Source: the human T2T-CHM13v2.0 reference genome, Homo sapiens
NCBI RefSeq assembly: GCF_009914755.1
Contig: NC_060927.1
DNA: 64,000 nucleotides
Strand: one strand, 5' to 3'
This document shows positions 39,171 through 52,918 of the stretch, piece after piece. Made by a program: the position numbers and the translations under genes. The first letter of the stretch is position 1, and every line of letters begins with the position of its first letter. Under the pieces are notes generated by a model. That model was not told where the DNA came from. It saw nothing but the letters and a program-made list of their open reading frames with translations, and searched no databases.

Positions 39171-42100
39171 AAGTTAATTTTAAAATACTGGTAATTTGCC
39201 TTTAAAAATGTATGTTTAGTAAAGGGGGAAGAAGCTTCTTGGTATGTCCTCTAAATGAAATACTACCACTATGATATGTAATAATGTAAGCATTTCAAAT
39301 AAATATATGATAATGAGAAAATAATACTCATAGTATCAAAAAAGATATAAACTCTATTCATTTAAAAATGCAAGGCAATACCAAACATTTAATAATAATT
39401 TTCTACTGGAATTAGCTGCCGAAGATTTTTAAAAATCTTCCTGCTTCTCTGAGGACTCAAATTTTTAACTAATTGTTATATTTATAATAAGATAACTAAT
39501 ATTTAAAAGTATTCATATAATATGATAAAATACATTGATAGATATAGCATATAATCGGGTGGATATTGTCTTGCCTTAAAAAGTTAAAAGTAAAATTAAA
39601 GAAAAGAAAACACTGAGCAAATCAAAGAAAATAGATATTCTTCTGATTAGGAGACTTCCTTTAACATTTTTTTACTCACATAAAACAAAAATTAAATGTT
39701 GGTTTCTGGCTAAATACAAAGATTTCAGAACATTACACAAATAGTGAGTTCATTTCCATTTCCCAACTTATACTCCAAAGAAAGGAAAAGAATGATGAAG
39801 TAGATACTGATGGTTGTAAAAGAAATAATCTAGATTGGCATTATTCCAATATCCTAATTGAAAATAAGACTCATAAGAGATTACTGTATTGAGTAAGGGT
39901 GCACCTGAAAGTAGTTTTCAGGACATATGTGTAGTGGGAAGCAACTAATAAGGAAATGTCTTTTCTAAGAATCATTTATGACCTTTCAAATATCCAAGCA
40001 TAGGAATCGGTATATATACAAATGAGACAGTATGAGCAAGCTGCCTTTGCTTCTAAAAGGACATATAGATACAGAGATGGAAAGGCGGGGTGGGGGGCGG
40101 AGAAAAAGAGAGAGAGAGAGAGATTCATAGACAATTGGAGTTGTTTGGAGGTACAGATAACCGGAATCAAAAGATAACATATCCATTGACATGGAACCCA
40201 GAAAGAGTTTCTTCTGAGAAAACAATTTATAAGAATCACCCTGAGAACTACAAGAATATCTTCATAAATTGTGTAAACAATTATAAATATATAACATTCT
40301 ATTCTTCAAGTAAAATATAGTGAGAATGAGGGTTACAGAGTGAGAAATAGAAAAGAAAGTATTTTTTTTCCTTCAGAAGATATATTAAAATAACATTTAA
40401 AAAAAATACCTACATATTTTGGAAAATTGCAGTCTATATAATAATGCTGATTCAATAAGAAGTTTTATAGAAATTCCACATATCAGAGAAAATGCAGTTA
40501 AATCTAAATAGTAAAATTGATAATAACGATGTCACACTAATAAGAATACATGAAGCCAGGCTTGTACACCTGACTGTAATTACATCACTAACACCTGAAG
40601 AAATGAAAGTTGATTAATGAGAAACAGATGCTAATTTTGAAGCCTGCAAATTCAAATATATTTAATAATGTGAAGATGTGGTATGCAAATGAAGCATTAG
40701 AGGCACTATATGCCATGGATTTTATTCTTTTCTTTATATAAGAAAATAATAAAACTAACATGTTTTAAAGAATTGCTATAGAATATAGCATGATAAAAAA
40801 TGGATCAAAATTAACATAAGTTGAAGTGCAGTTTTAATTTTTAGCTAATTGAAGTCTATTTAGTAATGATAATCTAAACTAATAATTTCATAGCTACAAG
40901 AAATGTTAATATAGTTCCTTTTGTTATGCCAATTTTATTAATTACAAATTTGTTCATAAAACTAGTTTGAATCTTAGCCTACAAGAAAAGGTTGAGATAA
41001 AATATGAAATTACCATTTGATAAGAAGTGCAGATTCTGCATGTGACTGAAGATTCAACAAGCCACATCAACACGGGGGCAAGAATATTTCATGGTAATTA
41101 AGCATTAGTATAATAGTAAATTTCATTTGGGTAGAAGAAGATATTATTAACTCTGATTTTGTTTATGTTTAATCACTCAACAAAGTTATTTCTTAAATTC
41201 AGCAAAGGCCCTTCACTTCTCCAAGATCTTAAGGTACATGACACTAACCTACTTTTCAACCTCAGACTAACACCTGCAATTACGATATTACTCTGTATCA
41301 TTTACATCATTACACTATGTAGATGAGCTTACAGAACACCAACTAGGATATGTTACTCCTTGAGCACCTTTACTACAATTTTATTTCTAGTATCAGGAAC
41401 TTGAAGCACCCATGCTACAAGTATTAAAGAGGGAAAAAAATAAAATTGTAATAATCCAGAGCAACCTTTGAAATAATTCATTGAAGAAACTTGACTCACT
41501 AGGCATAGGAAGTGTTATATATAATCAAGTCAAGTTAAAGGAAAAAATAGTATTAGAAAATGTATTCAGTTTCTCCAGTGCTTTGAATAGTCAACATCTA
41601 TTAAAGAACAAAAGAATGTCCTTCAGATAAAGGTCCCTGCTTTCCTGGAGGCAATAAAATGCATGACACACAAGCAGTGATGAATTTCTGAGACTCCTAG
41701 AGAACACCAAGTCCTTGTAGTCTTTTCACATTTTGTCCTTTTTAAAACATTAGCTCTACATTTATGTCAATTTCCTTCTGAATTTAGTGAGGTTATTTAA
41801 AATACCCTTAAATATTTAATATAAGACTAAAATCATAAAATATATTTCCTTGGGAGACCATTTTAGTCGCGGCAAGGGAGGCCACGTCTATTAAGAATCT
41901 TTCATTCCAATGATGTCATCAGAGGAAAAAAAAGCATGCTATTTGTTGGGAAGAAATATCACTTCCAAGAAAATAAAAATAATTGCTTTACCAATAAAAG
42001 TAATTGCTTTATCAGCTTCTTTAGCCGTTTGATGTTTCATATATCTTTTCCTACAGCAATAGTATATATCAGGAATTTTTAACATTGAATCAAAACATAG

Positions 42101-42847
42101 CACATCAACCCCGTCCGTTTTTACCAAAGGCAGTAAATCTGAAGCCACTTGTAGAGTCTATTTTTTTCCTAGCATAATAAAAATAAAAAATAAATACTTC
42201 ATTTTATTCCAACAAAGGAAAAAAAGATCATTTACCTCTAGTGATTGAAGTTAGCATTTCAAGTAAATTCTACAACAAAATATACCCTAAGGACAGGGTT
42301 GACAATCACAAAACAAAAACATGCAACAATTCACCAATCATATTAACTGTAACTCACGTATCTCAATGTTACTGTAACCAAACCACGTGGATCTACATGG
42401 TAGAAGATGCACAATAAAGCACAGAATTCCTCCAGGGATTAATTAAAATTAACTGCCTCCACATAAAGACTGGATTATAGGAAATAAAGTTGCTGAATAG
42501 ACAGCAATGGGAAATTCTCTTTATTATGTGCAGAGAAACTAGAACACTAGAAACTCGTGTTTTACAGGGTGCACATCAGAGACAGAAATGAATAGTTTTG
42601 GTGAGGCATGTGGGTTTGTTTAACCTTTCCTAAAGAAATACAAGCCTCTGAAAGATTCTCCAAAACTGCCTTTTTGCTTTATTTCCCAATTAGTATACAC
42701 TAATTGAATAAGTGTCTTATTTTTAGGGCAACTTATTAAATTTCATTAATTTACTTTTGAACTCAGTCTTCCTAGGCCAACTCAAATTCAGATCTTCATT
42801 TTTATCTGTGCCATAAACACTATTAACTGCTTTAATTCAGTACAAAT

Positions 42848-43373
42848 GATCAAGACAGCCTTAATATTCTGCTCTGTTTGACTGAACTTTAGACAGATTT
42901 CTTTCTGACTGTAGCCCTCCCCCTACCTCCTTCTTGTTAGAGCAGTTACTTAAAAAAAAAAAAATTGGCAATTGTAAATTCTTTCTTTGCTCCTTTGAGA
43001 TATTAATCTCCCATCCTTTTGCCAGTTTTACAACCCAGGAATGTTTTTTTAGAGGATCTGGGAGCCATCCGTTTGAAATATAATCATCAAGAGAGACAGG
43101 GTCCCTATCTCCCAGTCTCTGCGGGAAGGTAGGAGCCTAAATTCAAGTGCCACTTAGCAAACACTGATGGCATGATCACATCGATCAACCTCATCTTATA
43201 GTCCTCCGGCACTTTTTCATTAGCTCATCTTAGTGCTTAAGACTTTCCAGTGCTTCAAACTCTCCCACCTTTTCTTTCAAGAGAGTTGAATTCAATCTCT
43301 GTCCCCTATTACAATAGTCTTAAATTATTCTCTGCCTGTTTAAATCCATCTGATGCAAGTTTTCTTTGATACA
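42848..43373 (+). mobile_element. ERV1 solo LTR (MER67/MER31-like)
   Basis: aactttagacag, ttgtaaattctttct, gccagttttacaacccaggaatgt, gagttgaattcaatctct; ends ttctttgataca. Confidence 0.65.
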
Positions 43374-45339
43374 TCAAAAGCTGCTAAACAAATGAGAGAA
43401 ATTACTTGGACTATAGAGGGACAAAAACAGGTGATGGTAGCTTTTCTTAATTGTAAATAAGAATGATTTCGTCTGGATGTCAAATGACACAGAAAGAAAA
43501 TGGGCAGTCATTAAATGTAAAACATCAGCAGTAGCAACTGATTTTCCACAATTCTTTCCTAGGGTAAGAACCAATATCTACCAATACTTTTAATACGATG
43601 CGGCATATATAAGGTGATAACAAATATTTCTGAATTGCAGAATGTGCGAATAAAGAAATCAAGAAGGCAAAATATATAAAGCCCACTTTCCCCTAAAAAA
43701 AATTCATGTGGGAAATATTTTTCTAGCATCTCCTTGTTTTTCCCTATATTTTGCTCTGCCTTTTTTCTTTTCACGTCGCAAACTAATTTGATTCTCTTGA
43801 ACTTTTATTTCCACAAATAACTGAAGAAAGAGAAGAACTGAAGCCAGTAGCAATAACAAGTTTGAAAGGCAAATTGCTGTATTCACATTCTTCTAGAAAA
43901 ATGTCTAACACCGGTTTCTATACAAAATCCATCCCATATTTTCCAGGTATATTCTTAAGCAAGATTTCTTTTAAAAAGTTATTAAACAACTCACCAGATT
44001 TTTATGAGTGGAAATTTATCATGTAATAAGACTATGAAATAATCTGTCTCCCAAAAACCAAACCAGAACACAAATCTATACCTCTATGAAAAGGCACATA
44101 AATTCAAAGGAAGAATTCAAATATTATTTTCTTTACAATGGAATTGACAAATCTACAATTCTGTTTGAATATTTCAATTTGTCTGAATTACAGATGTAAT
44201 TCTGTATTTAGTTCTATAATTAGCTCTGTGTGTACTGAGCTAATTCATATGTAATGCCAATAATTATGTTTGTACAGAATGGCATGTAAAGATCGAGATT
44301 TTCTGTAAGCACTTCCAAAGATTTGTAATATAACTGCATATTTCCCATATTAAGAATAATTCACATTTGTTATCTATCAAAACAAATATTCAATCTTTAA
44401 ATTAATACAGCTACCAATGTAAAAGGACAATAAAAAGCTTTTAAAATTCATGTAGTAAAAAGCAATGTTGTATATATATGTATATATGAATATAAATAAA
44501 TCATATATATATGAATCCTATTGTTTCCTAATACAGAGTGAGATATGAGAGGAGCAATACCCTGGACACTACATTTTGGTACATGCATTTTAAATGTTAT
44601 TTTATTACTACTTAGCAACCAATTATAATACTTACCATATATGACCTGTATTTTTAAGTTTATACACACACAGAAGGAGAGAATCCTCAAATAGTACAGC
44701 TAAATACATGTAAATTAACATATTTTGCAAATGTAAGTGAATGCAATAATGGAGTAAAGATCCACACAGGAAAAAATGGGTCTGTGTAGGTAGGTGTGGC
44801 ATGCAATAATGATGTCTAAAAAATGAAAATATAGTGTAGTCTCCTTTCCAAATTTCTGTATATCATTTTAAATCCAATTTTGGACCAGAAAAAGCATTGT
44901 GAAATCCTAGATATGGCCATTCCTTGAGATTGTGAAAGTTTGATTACAGTTTATGTAGTAGGCAATGAAATGTTCAAGACGAAAAGAATATGTGTGACTT
45001 GAGTACTGAGTTGAGAAAGCAACTTTTTGAAGAGGTTGAAGCTTAAACATCATTTCACAAAATAAAGAATTAATTTATTTGGTGACATGAAGCCCAAGTA
45101 CAGAAGAAAATCTACAACCACATATTGTATGAATGTCTATGGAAATAGGAGATAGACCCTCTCTATTTTATTTTCCTATTTTATCAATACAACTCTAGCT
45201 GTTTCAAAAATTGCTATGTTTTACCTAAACTTGTATTCCACAGGCATCTGCCACTAAATTTTATAAATTTTTCATCTTTCTGGCTTATTGTAATACTATA
45301 ACAATAAATCAATTAGGTAGCCACAGTTAGATGAAAACA

Positions 45340-46104
45340 TAATGTTAGGGAAATTTCAGAACTGATTTAAAAACTATGAGTCTTTAGATTTGGAGTGCTC
45401 AAAGTGTCTCAACCACAGCAAAGATAAAGAAATCTACATCTGAATAACTGAGACTGAAATAGCTTATTACCAAAACAAAGGGAATATTCTAAAAGTAGCT
45501 AGAGAGAAAAGATTATTTGTAAAAATGCAACAATAAGACTGATTTGTTAACAACCATGAAAAATAGAAGATGGTGAAACAGTATTTTAAGGGTGCTGAGA
45601 AAAAAAAAAGTGGTGCATCTAGAATATACTTTTAATACAACCACCTTTCAGGAACAAGAATAAAATAGACACATTTTCAGACAAGCAACAAATAAGAGAT
45701 TTAGCAGAAATAAAACCTCACTAAGCAAAATTCTAAAGGATGTTATTAAGGCAGAAGTAAAATGACCAAGAGGGAAAGTCTGCAATACAAGAAAAAATAA
45801 TGAGGAAAAAAAGCCCTGGTAATGTGTATGTGTGTATATATACATAAATATATAATATTTGGTAATATATACATTATTGAATAATAAACACATTAGGAGA
45901 AAAGTCATCATAGTTATATTGTTACATAGAAAAGCTAAACTCCATTTATACTTTGTTAAAATTACTATGCATAATAAAATATTTTTCCTTAAAGTAATAC
46001 AAATACCACATATAACGTCCAAATTAGCAGAAGAAAAATAGTGAGGTAAGAAAAAAAGAAATAATAGAATTAATCCAAAATAAAGCAAAGAAAAACTACA
46101 TAAC
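45340..46104 (+). mobile_element. Very old L1M ORF1-region fragment, continuing at 48433-49160
   Basis: aaaataga cacattttcagacaa, aaaattctaaagga..caggcagaa-like motifs; interrupted by THE1. Confidence 0.55.
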
Positions 46105-48432
46105 TCTATGCATCTGTTCTCATGCTGCTAATAAAGACATACCCAAGACTGGGTAATTTATAAAGGAAAGATGTTTAATTGATTCACAGTTTAGCATGGC
46201 TGGGCAGGCCTCAGGAAACTTAAAATCATGGCAGAAGGAGAAGCAAGCATGTCTTCTTCACATCATGGTAGGAAAGAGAATGAGTGCAAAGTAAATGGGG
46301 AAAAGCCTCTTATAAAACCGTCAGATCTTGTGAGAACTCACTCACTATCACGAGAGCAGGATCAAGGAAACTGCCCCAGTGATTAAATTATCTCCCTCTG
46401 GTCCCTCCTATGACAGCTGGGGATTAGGAAAACTACAATTCAAGATGAGATTTGGGTGAGGAGACAGCCAAAGCATATCTTTCCCCTCAGCCCCTCCCAA
46501 ATCTGATGTCCTCACATTTCAAAACACAATCGTGCATTTTCAACAGTTCCCAAAAGTCTTAACTCATTCCAGCATTAACCCAAAAGTCCAAGTCCAAAGT
46601 TTCATCTAAGACAAGGCAAGTCTCTTTCACCTATGAGCCAGCAAACTCAAAATAAAGTTAGTTACTTCCCAGATACAATGAGGGTACAGGTGTTAGGTAA
46701 ATATGCCCATTTCAAATGGGAGAAATTAGCCAAAACAAAGAGGCTACAGGGCCCATGCAAGTCCAAAATCTAACAGGACAGTCACTAAAACTTAAAGTTC
46801 CAAAGCAACCTCCTTTGACTCCATGTCTCACATCCAGGTCACTCTGATGCAAGAAGCAGGCTCCCATGACCTTGTTCAGCTCTGCCCCTGTGGCTTTGCA
46901 GGGTACAGCCCCTTCCTTGCTGCTTTAACAAGCTGGTGTTGAGTGTCTGCAGTCTTTCCAGGTACACAGTGCAAGCTGTCAGCTGATCTACAATTCTGGG
47001 GTCTGGAGGATGCTGGCCCTCTTTTCACAGCTCTGCTAGGCAGTGCCCCAGTGGGGACTTCGTGTGGGGGCTCCAGCCCCACATTTCCCTTCCACACTGC
47101 CCTAGCAGAGGTTCTTCATGTGGGCTCCACCTCTGTAGCAAACCTCTACCTGGATTTCCAGGCATTTCCATACATCCTCTGAAATCTAGGCTGAGGTTCC
47201 TAAACCTCAATTCTTGACTTCTATGCATCCACAGGCTCAACATGATATGTATGTCACCAAGGCTTAGAACTTACACCCATGGAGATATACTGTGGCCCCA
47301 TTTAGCCATGGCTGGAGGTAAAGCAGCTGAGATGCAGGGCACCATGTCCTGAGGCTGCACAGAGCACAGGTCCCTGGGCCAGGCCCACAGAACCATTTTT
47401 TGGTCTTATGCCTCTGACATCTGTGTTGAGAGTGGCTGCTGTAAAGGTCTCTGACATGCCCTGGAGACATTTTCCCCATTGTCTTGGTGATTAGCATTTG
47501 GCTCCTTGTTACTTATGCAAATTCTTATAGTCAGCTTGAATTTCAACTTTTCTATTGCATCATCAGTCTGAAAATTTTCATAACTTGTGTGCTCTGCTTC
47601 CTCTTAAATGCTTTGTCACTTAGACATTTCTTCCATCAGATTCCTTAAATCATCTCTCTCAAGTTCAAAGTTCCACAAATCTCTAAGGCAGGGGCAAAAT
47701 GTCACCAGTCTCTTTGCTAAAACATAAAAGGAATCACCTTTATTCCAGTTGCCAAAAGTGTCTTATCTCCATCTGAAACCACCTCAGGCTGGACTTCATT
47801 GTCCCTATCACTATCAGCATTTTGGTCAAAGCCATTCAACAAGTCTCTAGGATGATCCAAACTTTCCCACATCTTCCTGACTTCTGAGCCCTCCAGGTCT
47901 CTAAGAAGTTTCACACTTTCCCATATTTTCCTGTCTTCTTGTGAACCTTCCAAACTGTTCCAACCTCTGGCTGTTACCCAGTTCCAATGTCACTTCCACT
48001 TTGTCGGGTATCTTTACAGAAGCACCCTATTACCCCATACCAACTTACTGTAATAGTTCATTCTCACACTGCTATGAAGAAATATACCTGAGATGGGGTA
48101 ATTTATAAAGGAAAGAGATTTAATTGACTCATATTTCCTCATTGCTGGGGAGGTCTCAGAAAACTTGCAATCATGGGAGAAGGGCAAGCAAACATGTCCA
48201 TCTTCACACTGTGGCAGGAAAGAGAATGAGCACTGCACAAAGGGGAAAAAAAACCCCTTATGAAACCATCAGACCTCATGAGAACTCACTCACTGTCATG
48301 AGAACAGCAGCATGGGAGTGACTGCCTTCATGATTCAATTACCTCTCACTATGTCCCTCCCATGATACCTGGGGATTATGGGAACAGCAATTCAAGACAA
48401 AATTTGAATGAGGACACAGCCAAACCATATCA
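46105..48432 (-). mobile_element. Full-length THE1C/D MaLR (LTRs ~46105-46480 and 48049-48432)
   Basis: Two direct LTRs with gactgggtaatttataaaggaaag; THE1-int between; TSD ataac/acaac. Confidence 0.94.
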
Positions 48433-49160
48433 ACAACTCTATAGCACAAAAGGAAACCAAGAAATAAAATAGGCTTGAATCAAATATTTCAGTAATTATT
48501 ATAAATATAAGTGAGTAACCTCTTTAGTTAAAATACAAGAATTTAAGACCATATTTTTAAAAATTGGAAATATGTTCATTATGTGAAATATACCTGTATT
48601 ATACAGATACAGGCAGACTTTTTGAAATATAGAAAAACATAAATTCTAGTTAAAAGTATGCAGGTATAATCATCTTAATATTACAACAAATTGTATTGGC
48701 TTGAGGGGAAGTCACTATATAATAACTTATAAAGAATGAATAAAATGAATTCCTCCTCCATACCATAAAAACTTCCTATGGATTAAGGACAAGTATAAAA
48801 AGCAAAACTATTAAACTTTTATAAACAATATGCGATGTAACTGTAAACTGTGGTAAAGAAAGTTTTTCTACATAAAAAGTACAAAATATAGAGAAAAAGA
48901 CATGAATTTGAATAACTAAAACTAAGAATTTCTATTAATCAAAAAAAAACACAAAGAACATGGAAAGATAAGCCACAAAATAAGAAAATATTTGTAATGC
49001 ATAAAACTTACAGGAAAACAAATATCTAGGATGTATATTTTGAAACCCTAAATATTAAAAACAAGACCAAAATTTTTAAAAAAGAGTGAGCAACAAATTT
49101 AACAAGCACTTCATAAAAAAGTAAAAAAAATGTACAGTACACATTAATCATATGCAATAA
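48433..49160 (+). mobile_element. Old L1M fragments
   Basis: A-rich decayed ORF2 motifs (tcagtaattattataaat, atggaaagataagccacaa). Confidence 0.5.
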
Positions 49161-49165
49161 ATATG

Positions 49166-49525
49166 TTCCCACCTGCCCCAAAAATACTTGCCCATGGTCC
49201 TTGTGACTACAGTGTTTACCCCAAGATAACTCTGTCACAAAATATAACACTTTTATTATTATTTTTGCATTGCTCTAATATATCAACTTTGCAAACAAAA
49301 GACATTATTTTATTTATACCATTCTGCTTTCAGTATTGGTATCTCCACTTACTATATATAATAATTCTCAATTGCTGAAAATGTCAAATCCTGGAAAATG
49401 TAGCATTCTTAGTGTGGTGTTAACATCATTCTCAAACAGTTAGCCAAAGATTCATTTGACTAATCTGATATTTCCAAAATAGGTGATCCCAATGATTCAG
49501 ATGATTCTGATGTTAGTTCTGTTAG
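49166..49525 (+). mobile_element. MER75 piggyBac MITE, 3'-truncated
   Basis: tgtttaccccaagataact, gctgaaaatgtcaaatcctggaaaatgtagcatt, gattcagatgattctgatgttagttctgtt match the recalled MER75 consensus. Confidence 0.85.
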
Positions 49526-49657
49526 CTGTTGGGATCAACAAGAGACAAACCAGGTTCAAAGTATAGCTGTTTCTAAAAGTGGGTGGTAAATACACAGATG
49601 TTTGTTTTATAATTTTTATTTATATTTTATCTCTGTCATTTAAAAATGTGTAACATA

Positions 49658-49760
49658 CAGTCAAATGCCACATAACTTTTCAGTCAATGACAAGTACCAT
49701 ATATGATTGTGTTCTCATAAGATTATAATACAATATTTGTCCTGTATATTTTCTATGTAT
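49658..49760 (+). mobile_element. Tigger3a 5' fragment
   Basis: TA|cagtca..gccacataac...cataagattataatac. Confidence 0.7.
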
Positions 49761-49914
49761 CCCTGTCATTAATGAAATGTGATCTATGTATATGTGTGTG
49801 GATGGAGTGTGTGCCCTGGAGTACCAGTACCAGCATCATAGCTCCAGTAGAGGTTGCATTGCAGGGCCTGAGAGGAATAAGATTTCTCCACACCCCCTCA
49901 CTGGATGGGGCTGT

Positions 49915-50870
49915 GAACCAGCTTTCAGCCCAGTGGTCTCACTTTGACCTAAACTTTGTTGGCAGCTGCAGCCTCCTGTTGTCCTGGGAAGCACTTGGAT
50001 GGCAGAATGATAGGCCCCACCCACCCCCCCCCCCCACTGGTAGCCAGGTGGGCAATGCTTGCTAGAGCTTCCAGCCCAGCAGTCCCACTTCTCTGTGAAC
50101 TCAGCCAGTGGGCACTGTCTCTTGTTGTCCTGGGAAGCACCCAGACAGCAGGGCCGGAGATCCGACCTACCCCTGCCACTGGTAGCCAGGAGGGCAATGC
50201 TTGCTAGAGCTTCTGGCCCAGCTGTCCCACTTCTGCCTGAACTTGGTGTAACCACAGCTTCCTGCTGTCCCAGGAAGCACATGAACAGCATGATGGAAGA
50301 CCTTATCAACCCTTGCCACTGGTAGCCAGGCAGGCAATACTTGCAAGAGCTTCCAGCTCAGTAGCCTCACTTTTGTGTAAGTTCAGCCAGTGAGCACAGT
50401 CTCCTGCTTTTCCATTAGCACCCAGAGAGCAGGGAAGGAGACCTCACCCACTCCTGCCGCTGATAACCAGGTAGGCAACACTTGCTAGAGCTTCTGGCCC
50501 AGCAGTACTACTTCTGCCTGAACTTGGTGTAGCCACAGCCTCCTGCTGTCCTGGAAGCACTCAGAGGGCAGGGCAGGAGACCCCATCCATTCTGACTGCT
50601 GGTAGCCAGGCAGCCTATGCCTGCTAGAGCTTCTGGCCCAGCAGTCCCACTTCCATGCAAACTCTACCAGAAGGCACAGCCTTCTGTTGTCCCAGGAAAC
50701 ACTCAGATGACAGAGAAGGTGACCCTGCCTACCCCTGCTATTGGGAGACAGGCAGGCAACTCCTGTAGGACAAACTTCCAGGCCAGTGATCCCTCTTCTG
50801 CCTAAACTCTGCATACAGACACAACCCAATGTTCTCTCAGGAAGCACTCAGACAGCAGATTTGGCTGACC
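49915..50870 (+). repeat. ~140-bp tandem array (~6.5 units) in the L1 5' UTR
   Basis: cttgctagagcttc cores at 50058, 50200, 50340, 50481, 50620. Confidence 0.9.
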
Positions 50871-51119
50871 CAGCAAAGATATGGCATATATGCAAACTGT
50901 GCGTCCTACCTGAGGGAGCCCCATGGACAAGCACACTCAACAAAAGAAATGCAGGGATAAAGAAAGTAATTGAAGGGGACTCCTCCAAGAGCCAGGAGGA
51001 GAGTAGAATTGAAGTCAGTCTACTGAACCCACCTTTTACCACAATGAAATCCCCAGGGGCATAAAAAAAAATCCAAAGGACAGCAACTTTAAAGATTGTA
51101 GGAATATCTATCCACACAG

Positions 51120-52130
51120 ATGAGGGGGAAAAAAAAGGCAAGAATGCTAGCAACTCAAAAATCCAGAACCTTCAAATGACCACACTAGTTCCCCAGCAAT
51201 GGTTCTTAGCCAGGCTGAAGTGGCTCAAATGGCAGAAATAGAATACAGAATATGGGTATGAATGAAAATCAGTGACATCAAGGAGAAACTTGAAACCCAA
51301 GTCAAGGAATCTAAAGAATACAATAAAACCATACAGGAGATAAAAGATAACATGGCCATTTCAAGAAAGTGCTAAGCTGAACTGATAGAGCTGAAAAACT
51401 CACTTGAAGAATTTTACAATAAAATTGCATGTAGTAACAGCAGAATTGCCCAAGCTGAGGAAGAAATATCAGAGTTCAAAGACTGGTTCTCCAACATAAC
51501 TCAGTCAGACAAAAATAAAGAAATAAAAATAAAGAAGAATGAACAAAACATCCAAGAAATATGGGAGTATGCAAAGAGACCAAATCTATAACTCATTGGT
51601 ATCTCTGAAAAAGAGGGAGAACATGCAAGCGACTTGGAAAACCTATTTGAAAATATTATCCATAAAAGTTTCCCTAACCTCACTATAGAGGCCAACATTC
51701 AAATTCAGGAAATGCAGAGAACTTCTGAAAGATATTATATGATACAACCATCCCCAAGAAACATATTCATCAGATTCTCCAAGGTCAAAATGAAAGGAGA
51801 AATGTTAAACGTAGCTGAAGAGAAGGGGCAAGTTACCTACAAAGAGAACCCCATCAGGCTGAAAATGGACTTCTCAGCAGAAACCTTATAAGCCAGAAGA
51901 GATTCTGAGCCTATATTCAACATTCATAAAGAAAAGAAATTCCAGCCAAAAATTTGATATCCACCCAAACTAAGCTTCATAAACAAAGGAGAAATAAGAT
52001 CCTTTTCTGACAAGCAAATAAAAAGGGAATTCATTACCACAGACCTGCCTTAAAAGAGGTCCTTAAGGGAATGCTAAATATGGAAAGGAAAGACCTATTG
52101 GTTATTGCAAAGACACATTTAAATACATAG
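51120..52130 (+). pseudogene. Disrupted L1 ORF1p
   Basis: ENLFENIIHKSFPNL...QIQEMQRT...PRNIFIRFSKVKMK...KGQVTYKENPIRLKMDFSAETL with in-frame stops. Confidence 0.9.
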
Positions 52131-52918
52131 GCCATTGCTAATATAAAGCAACCACACAATCAAGTCTTCATAAGAACCAGCTAACAGCACAATGACAGAA
52201 TCAAGCTTGTACATATCAGTATTATCCTTGAACATAAAAGGGATAAATGCCCCAATTAAAAGGCACTGAGTGGCTAGTTGGATAAAGAAGCAAGGTTCAA
52301 CTGTATGCTGTCTACAAGAGACCCGTTTTACATGCAATGACACCCATAGGTTCAAATAAAAGGGATGGAGAAATATCTATCAAGCAAATGGAAAACAGAA
52401 AAAATAAGGGGTTGATATTCTAATTTCTCACAAACAGACTGTTAGAATTAGCATTGCCTGATGGTTTTAAGGATTTACAAGGATTTAATTCAACAAGAAG
52501 GCATAGCTATATTAAATATACATACATGCAACACAGTAGCACTCAGATTCGTAAAGCAAGTTCTTAGAGAGCTAAAAGAGTCTCAAATAACCACAAAGGA
52601 ATATGGGGAGATTTCAAATCTCACTGACAATATCAGACAGATCATTGAGACAGAAAACTAACAAAGATACTCAGGACTTGAATTCAATGCTTGATCAAAT
52701 GGGCCTAAAGGACATCTACAAAACTTTCCAATCAAAAACAATGGAATATATATTCTTATCTGCACTTGGCATACATTCTAAAATCAGCCATACAACTGGC
52801 CATAAAACAACCCTCAGCAAATTAAAAAAAAAAAAAAAGAAAGAAATTATACCAGAAACACTCTTAGACTACTGTGCAGTAAAAATAGAAACCAATACTA
52901 AGAAAATTGCTGAAAACA

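Noticed and set aside
41939-43886. Several 60-70 aa minus-strand ORFs
   Set aside because: No recognisable homology, AT-driven composition and no consistent splice framework.
49771-49790. Possible TSD of the long L1 (gaaatgtgatctatg versus gaaatccttctatg at ~60134)
   Set aside because: Too degenerate to support.
49915-50870. Regularly spaced repeats resembling a CRISPR array
   Set aside because: Whole ~140-bp units are homologous with no unique spacers; they lie in an L1 5' UTR of a primate genome.
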